64,000 nt of DNA from an uncultured delta proteobacterium (GTDB taxonomy: Bacteria > Myxococcota > Myxococcia > Myxococcales > Anaeromyxobacteraceae), in NCBI GenBank assembly GCA_963814585.1, contig CAWFDF010000003.1:160001-224000 (forward strand), written 5' to 3'. Numbering within the stretch: position 1 is the first letter of the stretch; each line of letters starts with the position of its first letter. The position numbers were made by a program, and so were the translations under genes. Below are positions 19,123 through 26,900 of this stretch, one piece after another. The notes under the pieces were generated by a model, which saw only the letters and a list, made by a program, of their open reading frames with translations, searched no databases and had not been told where the DNA came from.

Positions 19123-20049
19123 ATGGCCCAGCACGAGAAGGTCGTCATCATCGGATCCGGTCCGGCCGGCTACACCGCCGCCATCTACGCGGCGCGCGCC
19201 ACCCTCCAGCCCCTCATGATCGAGGGCTTCCAGCCGGGTGGGCAGCTCACCATCACCACCGACGTGGAGAACTTCCCCGGCTTCCCCGACGGCATCATGG
19301 GGCCGGCGCTGATGGAGGAGATGAAGAAGCAGGCCACCCGCTTCGGCACCCGCTTCGTCAGCGCCGAGGTGACCCGCGTCGACCTGTCGCAGCACCCCTT
19401 CCGGCTCTGGGTCGAGCAGGAGGAGTACACCGCCCACGCGTTGATCGTCGCCACCGGCGCCACCGCCAAGTGGCTGGGCATCCCCTCGGAGAAGCAGTAC
19501 CAGGGGCGCGGCGTCTCGGCCTGCGCCACCTGCGACGGCTTCTTCTTCAAGAACGTCGAGGTGGCGGTGGTGGGGGGCGGCGACACCGCCATCGAGGAGG
19601 CCACCTTCCTCACCAAGTTCGCCAGCAAGGTCCACCTCATCCACCGGCGCTCCGAGCTGCGGGCCTCCAAGATCATGCAGCAGAGGGCGCTCGCGAACCC
19701 CAAGCTGGTGTTCCAGTGGCACTCGGTCGTCGACGAGGTGCTGGGCGACGGCAAGGCGGTGACCGGCCTGCGGCTCAAGAGCACCAAGGACGGCTCGACC
19801 CGCGAGCTCAAGGTCCAGGGGCTCTTCATGGGGATCGGCCACGAGCCCAACACCGCCCTCTTCAAGGGGCAGCTCGACATGAACGAGGTCGGCTACCTGA
19901 CGGTGAGGCCGCCCTCCACCGCGACCAGCGTCCCGGGGGTCTTCGCCTGCGGCGACGTGGCCGACCCGAACTACCGTCAGGCCATCTCGGCGGCCGGCAC
20001 CGGCTGCATGGCCGCCATCGACGCCGAGCGGTTCCTCGCCGGCCACTGA
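19123..20049 (+). CDS. trxB: Thioredoxin-disulfide reductase
   Basis: IIGSGPAGYTAAIY, GGQLTITTDVENFPGF, CATCDGFFF, GGGDTAIEEA, YRQAISAAGTGC. Confidence 0.97.
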   Translation: MAQHEKVVIIGSGPAGYTAAIYAARATLQPLMIEGFQPGGQLTITTDVENFPGFPDGIMGPALMEEMKKQATRFGTRFVSAEVTRVDLSQHPFRLWVEQEEYTAHALIVATGATAKWLGIPSEKQYQGRGVSACATCDGFFFKNVEVAVVGGGDTAIEEATFLTKFASKVHLIHRRSELRASKIMQQRALANPKLVFQWHSVVDEVLGDGKAVTGLRLKSTKDGSTRELKVQGLFMGIGHEPNTALFKGQLDMNEVGYLTVRPPSTATSVPGVFACGDVADPNYRQAISAAGTGCMAAIDAERFLAGH

Positions 20050-20061
20050 TCGGAGCGCCGC

Positions 20062-20538
20062 GTGAGGATGATCGACGTGGGGAACAAGCCCCCCACCGAG
20101 CGGGTGGCGGTGGCTCGCGCCCGGCTGCGCATGTCGAGGGCCACCAGGGCGCGGGTGGCGGCCGGCGAGGTGGAGAAGGGCGACGTGCTGGCGGCGGCGC
20201 GGCTGGCCGGCGTGATGGCCGCCAAGCGGACGCCGGAGCTCATCCCGCTCTGCCACCCCATCGCCCTGTCGGCGGTGGAGATGGAGGTGCGGCTCACGGC
20301 CCGCGGCCTCGAGGCGGTGGCCACCGTCCACACCGTGGACCGGACCGGCGTGGAGATGGAGGCGCTCACCGCCGCCACCGCCGCCTGCCTCACCGCCTAC
20401 GACATGCTGAAGCGCTACGAGCAGGGGATGGTGCTGGAGACGGTCGAGCTGCTGGAGAAGCGGGGCGGCCGCACCGGGACCTGGCGCGCCGCCGCCGCTC
20501 GTCGTGGCCCGCCCCGCAGCAGGTCGCCGCGGCGCTGA
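20062..20538 (+). CDS. moaC: Cyclic pyranopterin monophosphate synthase
   Basis: MIDVGNK, KGDVLAAARLAG, LIPLCHP, TGVEMEALT, YDMLK, KRGGRTG. Confidence 0.95.
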   Translation: MRMIDVGNKPPTERVAVARARLRMSRATRARVAAGEVEKGDVLAAARLAGVMAAKRTPELIPLCHPIALSAVEMEVRLTARGLEAVATVHTVDRTGVEMEALTAATAACLTAYDMLKRYEQGMVLETVELLEKRGGRTGTWRAAAARRGPPRSRSPRR

Positions 20539-20623
20539 CCGCGCCCTTCGCCTGGCCGGTCCCGGCGCGGCCTGGCAGCGCCCACCGAGGCAGGGATCGG
20601 GACCGGCGCGGGGCGCTGGGCCC

Positions 20624-22528
20624 CTACTTCTTCCCCGCCTTGGCCTGCCGCGCCAGGATCGCCTCCATCTGGTCCATGGTGGCGTTCATCTCCTTCATGG
20701 CGGCGTCGAAGGGGGCCGGGCTGGTCATGTCCACGCCGGCCGACCTGAGCAGGTCCATGGGGAACTTCGAGCCGCCCGCCGAGAGCATGGCCAGGAAGCC
20801 ATCGCGCGCCGAGGTCTTCCCCTGCTTCGCCTCGGCGAGGATGCGGGCGGCGATGGAGGAGGAGGCCACCAGGCTGGTGGCGTACTGGAAGACGTAGAAG
20901 TCGTAATAGAAGTGCGGGATGAAGGCCCACTCGATGCCGATCAGGTCGTCCACCTGGCAGATCCCCTGCCCGTGGCCGTAGTAGTCGCGGACGATCTTCA
21001 GGTAGAGCGCCGTCAGCGTCTCGCCGGTGACCGGCTCGCCCTTCTCGGCCGCCTCGTGGACCTTGAGCTCGAACTCGGCGAACTGGGTCTGGCGGAAGAG
21101 CGTGGTCCTCAGCCCGTCGAGCCGGTTGCCCAGCAGCGCCAGCCGGGTGGAGTCGTCCTTGGCCTTCCCCACCATGTGGTCGAGCAGCAGCGCCTCGTTG
21201 AGCGTCGAGGCCACCTCGGCCACGAAGATGGGGTAGTCGGAGGTCGGGTAGGGCTGCGCCCTGTTGGCGAGCCAGGTGTGCATCGAGTGGCCCGACTCGT
21301 GGGCCAGCGTCGAGAGGTCGTCGTACTGCCCGTTGAAGTTGAGCAGCTGGAACGGGTGCACGCCGTAGACCCCGGTGGAGTAGGCGCCGGAGCGCTTCCC
21401 GGTGGAGGGGAGGTAGTCGGTCCAGCGGCTCTGGTATCCGGTCTTCAGGCCTGCGACGTAGTCCTTGCCGAGCGGGGCGAAGGCCTCCAGGGTCAGCGCC
21501 TGGGCCTGGGCCGGCGTGTAGGTGAGCTCGACCTTCCCGACCAGCGGCACGTAGAGGTCCTGGTAGCGGAGCTGCTGGAGGCCCATCATCCTCTGGCGCA
21601 GCTTCAGGTAGCGGTGGAGCGTCGGCAGCGAGCGGCGCACGTCGGCCACCAGCTGGGTGTAGACGGTGGTGGGGACGTTGGCCCGGAAGAGCGACGACTC
21701 CAGGGCGCTGCCGAACTTGCGGTTCCGCGCCGTGAAGAGATGCGCCTTCAGCTGGGCGTCGAGGGTGGTGCCGAAGGTCCGCTCGTAGGTCTTGAGGGCC
21801 CCGAAGAACTTCTCGAAGGCGAGATCGCGATCGGCCTTCACCGGCGAGGCGCGGTGGAGCGCGAAGCCCTGGGAGTCGAGGCGGACCTGCTGCCCGGTGG
21901 AGAGCGCCACGGTCGGGTAGGGCAGGTCGGCGTCCTTGAGGATCGAGTAGGCGGCCGCCCCGGCGTTGGCCAGGTCGTCGGCCCGGGCCATGAGCTGCTC
22001 CTCACCCGCCCCCAGGGTGTGGGGCTGCCAGCGGAGCACCTCCTCCAGGTAGACCTTCCACGGCGCCAGCCTGGGCTCGGCGGCCAGGAAGCCGCGCAGC
22101 TTCCCGGCGTCGATGGCGAGCAGCTCGGGACGCACCCAGCTCACCGCCGTCCCCAGCTCCACGGCCAGGCGCTGGGCGGCCTGCTTCAGCTCGCGCGGCC
22201 GGGCCGCCCGGGTGTCCTCGTCGGAGCTGGCCGAGGCGTAGACGTAGAGCCGGGTGAGCGCCAGCTCGGCGGCGGAGTTGGCGGCGAGCGCCTTCCAGAG
22301 CGCCTCGGCCGAGTCGCCGAGGTGGCCCTTGCTGGCCGGGAGGGCGGCGATCTGCGCCGCCAGCTGGTCCTTGGCCTTCACCCAGTCGGCCTCGCTGGCG
22401 AACAGGTCGGCCAGGTTCCAGGTCAGCGGCTGCGGGATCTCGGCGCGCTCGAGCGCGGTGGCCGGGACGGCCAGCGCCACGGTGAGCGCGAGCGCGGTGA
22501 GGCGGGGGAGCAGACGGGCCAGCGGCAT
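20624..22528 (-). CDS. pepF: Oligoendopeptidase F (M3B) with Sec signal peptide
   Basis: ATG after GGAGG; signal peptide; TWNLADLF, GKRSGAYS, TLAHESGHSMH (HExxH), FVAEVAST, IPHFYYDFYVFQYAT. Confidence 0.92.
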   Translation of the reverse strand: MPLARLLPRLTALALTVALAVPATALERAEIPQPLTWNLADLFASEADWVKAKDQLAAQIAALPASKGHLGDSAEALWKALAANSAAELALTRLYVYASASSDEDTRAARPRELKQAAQRLAVELGTAVSWVRPELLAIDAGKLRGFLAAEPRLAPWKVYLEEVLRWQPHTLGAGEEQLMARADDLANAGAAAYSILKDADLPYPTVALSTGQQVRLDSQGFALHRASPVKADRDLAFEKFFGALKTYERTFGTTLDAQLKAHLFTARNRKFGSALESSLFRANVPTTVYTQLVADVRRSLPTLHRYLKLRQRMMGLQQLRYQDLYVPLVGKVELTYTPAQAQALTLEAFAPLGKDYVAGLKTGYQSRWTDYLPSTGKRSGAYSTGVYGVHPFQLLNFNGQYDDLSTLAHESGHSMHTWLANRAQPYPTSDYPIFVAEVASTLNEALLLDHMVGKAKDDSTRLALLGNRLDGLRTTLFRQTQFAEFELKVHEAAEKGEPVTGETLTALYLKIVRDYYGHGQGICQVDDLIGIEWAFIPHFYYDFYVFQYATSLVASSSIAARILAEAKQGKTSARDGFLAMLSAGGSKFPMDLLRSAGVDMTSPAPFDAAMKEMNATMDQMEAILARQAKAGKK

Positions 22529-22678
22529 GGTGGACCTCCAGGGGACGGGGCGGCGCGTGCGTCCCACCCATGAGGCGCGAGCCGGGCCGACGTGACAGCA
22601 CGGGCGGGGTCGCGGCAGCGGCCGGAGGACCCGCGGCCGGCGCTGGAACCCCGTCGCCGTTCGTGCTTTCTTCTCCCC

Positions 22679-23056
22679 GTGCCAACCAACGCCTCGGGCA
22701 GGGCCCTCCTCTGGGTCGTGGTGATCCTCCTCCTCGCCGCCGGCCTCCTCGGCGCCTACACCTGGGGCGCGCTCACCTGGAGCTACGCGGAGGGCGAGCG
22801 AGTCGGTTACGTCCAGAAGCTCTCCAAGAAGGGCTGGGTCTGCAAGACCTGGGAGGGCGAGCTGGCGATGGTCACCATGCCCGGCGCCATCCCGGAGAAG
22901 TTCCTCTTCTCCATCCGCTCCGACGCGGTGGCCGCCCAGCTCAACAGGACCCTGGGGAAGCGCGTCGGGCTCAGGTACACGCAGCACCTCGGCCTGCCCA
23001 CCAGCTGCTTCGGCGAGACCGAGTACTTCGTCAACGAGGCCGTCGTCGTCGAGTAG
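22679..23056 (+). CDS. Conserved small membrane-anchored hypothetical protein
   Basis: N-terminal TM; YAEGERVGYVQKLSKKGWVCKTWEGEL...FGETEYFV, a conserved-looking OB-like protein. Confidence 0.7.
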   Translation: MPTNASGRALLWVVVILLLAAGLLGAYTWGALTWSYAEGERVGYVQKLSKKGWVCKTWEGELAMVTMPGAIPEKFLFSIRSDAVAAQLNRTLGKRVGLRYTQHLGLPTSCFGETEYFVNEAVVVE

Positions 23057-23142
23057 TCGCCGGTCGTGCCCGGGCGGCGAGGCCGCCTGCCGCAGCGAGA
23101 GGATCGGCTCTCGCAGCAGGCTGCTTGCCTGGGTCGGGGCTT

Positions 23143-23973
23143 CTAGGCAGGAGCGGCGGGTGGCCGCCGCAGCAGCGTGGCGCCGCCGCGCTCCACCCAC
23201 TCGAAGTCCAGCCCGCCGGCCAGCGGCAGCTCCACCGGCCCCAGCAGCAGCCAGCCTCCGGGGGCCACCGCACCTGCCAGCCGCGCCAGCGCCGAGGCCG
23301 CCACCTCGGCGTCGAAGTAGATGAGGACGTTGCGGCAGGCCACGGCGTCGAAGCGCTCGCCCGGTGGCCGGTCGAGCAGGTTGTGGCGCTCGAAGCGGAG
23401 CAGGCGCGCCAGGCGCGGGCCGACCCGGACGCCCTCCCCGGCGGCGTGGAACCAGCGCGCCGCCAGCGCCGGGGGCAGGTTGCGGACGGCCCTCGCCCCG
23501 TAGAGGCCCGCCTCGGCCCGGGCCAGCGCCCGGGCCGAGACGTCGGTCCCCAGGATCAGATCCTCCTCGCAGTCCCGCCCGGCGTCGAGGAGCGCCAGGG
23601 CCAGGCTGCAGGACTCCTCGCCGGTGGCGCAGCCCGCGCTCCAGATCCGGAGCGGCCGCCCGGCGGCCGCCAGCTCGGCCGCCAGCGCCGCCAGCCCCTC
23701 GGCGTGGCGCCAGAGCGAGGTCTCGCCGACCAGGGCGTGCTCGGCCAGCACCTCCAGCGCGACCGGCTCGCCGGCCACGACGGCGGCCGCCAGCGCGGAG
23801 GGCGCCAGCCCCAGCTCCCGCGCCGCACCGCCCACCGCGAGTCCGAGCGGCCCGCGCAGCCCCGCGGCCAGCGAGAGGCCGACCGCCTTCGCCAGCGCCG
23901 CCGCCACCGCGGCCAGCCAATCGTCGGAGAGGCCGTCGTCTCGCCCCGGGTCGCTCCCGGATGCACGCCACAT
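23143..23973 (-). CDS. cheR: CheR-family protein-glutamate methyltransferase
   Basis: VGETSLWR, RIWSAGCATGEE, GTDVS, HNLL, FDAVACRNVLIYFD. Confidence 0.85.
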   Translation of the reverse strand: MWRASGSDPGRDDGLSDDWLAAVAAALAKAVGLSLAAGLRGPLGLAVGGAARELGLAPSALAAAVVAGEPVALEVLAEHALVGETSLWRHAEGLAALAAELAAAGRPLRIWSAGCATGEESCSLALALLDAGRDCEEDLILGTDVSARALARAEAGLYGARAVRNLPPALAARWFHAAGEGVRVGPRLARLLRFERHNLLDRPPGERFDAVACRNVLIYFDAEVAASALARLAGAVAPGGWLLLGPVELPLAGGLDFEWVERGGATLLRRPPAAPA

Positions 23974-23986
23974 ACCGGGCAGGCTA

Positions 23987-26900
23987 TCAGGAACCGCGAC
24001 CCCCGCGAATCCCCCGACGCCCCGGCCAGAGCGCGGCCAGCAGGAGCAGGAGGAGCGACGAGCCGCTGGCGGCACCGGCACCCTGGCCGCAGCCGCAGCC
24101 ACCGCCGCTCGCGTTCCGTGGCGAGGAGGGATCGCCGGCGGCGGCCACCACGAAGCCGACCTGCGCCGGCGGCGAGCCGTTGCCGGCGGCGTCGCTGGCC
24201 ACGGCGATGGCCGACCAGGCGCCGGCGGCCAGGGTGAAGGTGGCCTCGAAGGCCCCGGCCCCGCTGGCCGTGACCCTGGCGGCCAGCGTGCCCACCGTGA
24301 CAGCTACGCTGGCGCCCGGCTCGGCGGTCCCGGCGATCCGGACCGGCCCGACCGGCAGGCTGGCCCCCTCGGCCGGAGAGAGGATCACCGGCGCGGAGGG
24401 CGCCAGGGTGTCGAGCCGGAAGGCGACGGCCGCGGGCCCCGAGGCGTTGCCGGCGGCGTCGGCCGCGGTCAGCGAGGCCTGGTGATCGCCGTCGGCGAGG
24501 AGCAGCGACGCCGTGAAGGCGCCGCCCGCGCCGGCCAGCGCCGTGGCCGAGGCCAGGCCGACGGTGACGGTGACGGTGGCGCCCGGCTCGGCCGCGCCGG
24601 TGAAGGCGACCAGGCCGGCCGGCGCCAGCGCCCCGCCCAGCAGCTGGCCGGCGACCGGCGCCGAGACCTGCGGCGCCGCCGGCGGCGCCACGTCCAGGTC
24701 GAAGGCGACGGTGAGCACGGTCTGGAGCCCGGCCGCGTCGGTGGCGGTCACCACCGCCACGTGGTGGCCATCGGCCAGCGTCGCCGCCGCGCTGAAGGCG
24801 GCGCCCGACCGGGTCACCGGGACGGACGCGCCGTCGACCGCCAGCACCACGCCGGCGCCGCTCTCGGCGGTGCCGGAGAAGGGGACCCGACCGAGCGGCG
24901 CCTCGGCGCCGCCGAGCAGCGCACTCGGCGCGGGCGATGCCAGCTGGAGCGCGGGCGGCAGGTCGACCAGGAAGGGCCGCGATGCGGACTGATCGCTGGC
25001 CACCCCGCCGGCGGTCTGGACCGCCACCAGCGCGTGGGCCCCCTCGGCCAGCGGGGCGGCGACCGGGACGGCGGCCGTGAACCGGCCCGCGCCGTCGGCG
25101 GTCACCGGCGCCAGCGCCGACCCGTCGATGGTCACCACCACGCTGGCCCCCGGCAGCGCGGCGCCGGTGACGGTGGGCGTGGCGGTGGTCACCACCGCGC
25201 CTGCGACCGGCGAGGTGACGACCGGCGCCGGCGGCGCGACCTCGAAGCCGATCCGTCTCTCCGGCGAGCCATTGCCGGCGGCATCGGTGGCCACGGCGCT
25301 GACCGACCAGGCGCCGGCGCCGAGGGTGAGGACGGCCTCGAAGGCGCCGGTCCCGCCGGCCGTCACGGTGGCGCCGAGCGCGCCCGCCGCGACCCGGACG
25401 CTGGAGCCCGGCTCGGCCGTGCCGGTGAACCGGATGGACCCGGCCGCCAATCGGGCCCCGGCCGACGGGGAGAGGATCACCGGCGCAGAGGGCGCCAGGG
25501 TGTCGAGCCGGAAGGCGACGGCCGCGGGCACCGAGACGTTGCCGGCGGCGTCGGCCGCGGTCAGCGAGGCGTGGTGGTCGCCGTCGGCGAGGAGCAGCGA
25601 GGCGGTGAAGGCGCCGCCGGCCCCGGCCAGCGCCGTGGCCGAGGCCAGGCCGACCGTGACGGTGACGGTGGCGTCCGGCTCGGCCGCGCCGGCGAAGGCG
25701 ACCAGGCCGGCCGGCGCCAGCGCCCCGCCCAGCAGCTGGCCGGCGACCGGCGCCGAGACCTGCGGCGCCGCCGGCGGCGCCACGTCCAGGTCGAAGGCGA
25801 CGGTGAGCACGGTCTGGAGCCCTGCCGCGTCGGTGGCGGTCACCACCGCCACGTGGTGGCCATCGGCCAGCGTCGCCGCCGCGCTGAAGGCGGCGCCCGA
25901 CCGGGTCACCGGGACGGACGCGCCGTCGACCGCCAGCACCACGCCGGCGCCGCTCTCGGCGGTGCCGGAGAAGGGGACCCGACCGAGCGGCGCCTCGGCG
26001 CCGCCGAGCAGCGCACCCGGCGCGGGCGACGCCAGCTGGAGCGCGGGCGGCACCGAGTCGGTCGAGAAGCCGCGCGGCGGGCTCGCGTCGCTGGCCACCC
26101 CGCCGGCCGTCTGGACCGCCACCAGCGCGTGGGCCCCCTCGGCCAGCGGGGCGGCGGCCGGGACGGCGGCCGTGAACCGGCCCGCGCCGTCGGCGGTCAC
26201 CGGCGCCAGCGCCGACCCGTCGATGGTCACCACCACGCTGGCCCCCGGCAGCGCGGCGCCGGTGACGGTGGGTGTGGCGGAGGCGACCAGCGCGCCCACG
26301 GCCGGGGTGGCCACCACGGGCGGCGGCGGCGCCACGTCGACGTCGGCGCCGCCCTCGGCCAGCACCGGCGCGACGGCGCAGGAGAGCTGCCACGCCGCAC
26401 CGACGTGGTAGCGCCCCGGGGCGGGCCAGGCCGGCGTGGCGGAGAAGGTGCTGGAGACGGTCGCGCCCGGCGCGACGTCGAGCCCGGCCAGCAGGCGCGC
26501 CGTGGCCGGAGGCGACAAGAAGGCGCCGGCGCCGTCCATGGCCAGCCCGCCGCCGCTCACCGTCCAGGCCAGGCGCGTGTCACGGTGGGTGATCCGAGGC
26601 GCGCCGGAGCGGAAGCTGGCGCTGGCGGAGATCGGCTGGCCCGTGGTGACGCGGGAAGGCGCCAGGAGCCCGAGGATGGCGCCGCCCCGCTCCACGCCGA
26701 GCGGGAGGGTGTCGAGCACGGTGGGGGTGGCGCCACTCCACCTCACCAGCAGGACGGTGATGGCGTCGGGCGTCCCGGCCGGCAGCGGGTAGGCGTCGGT
26801 GGCGCTCCCGCCGGTGACCGGCCAGGGGTCGACGGCGCGGAATGGCAGGTCGGTGCCGCGGACCGGTGCGCTCCCGGCGTACCACTCCAGGGCGTAGCGA

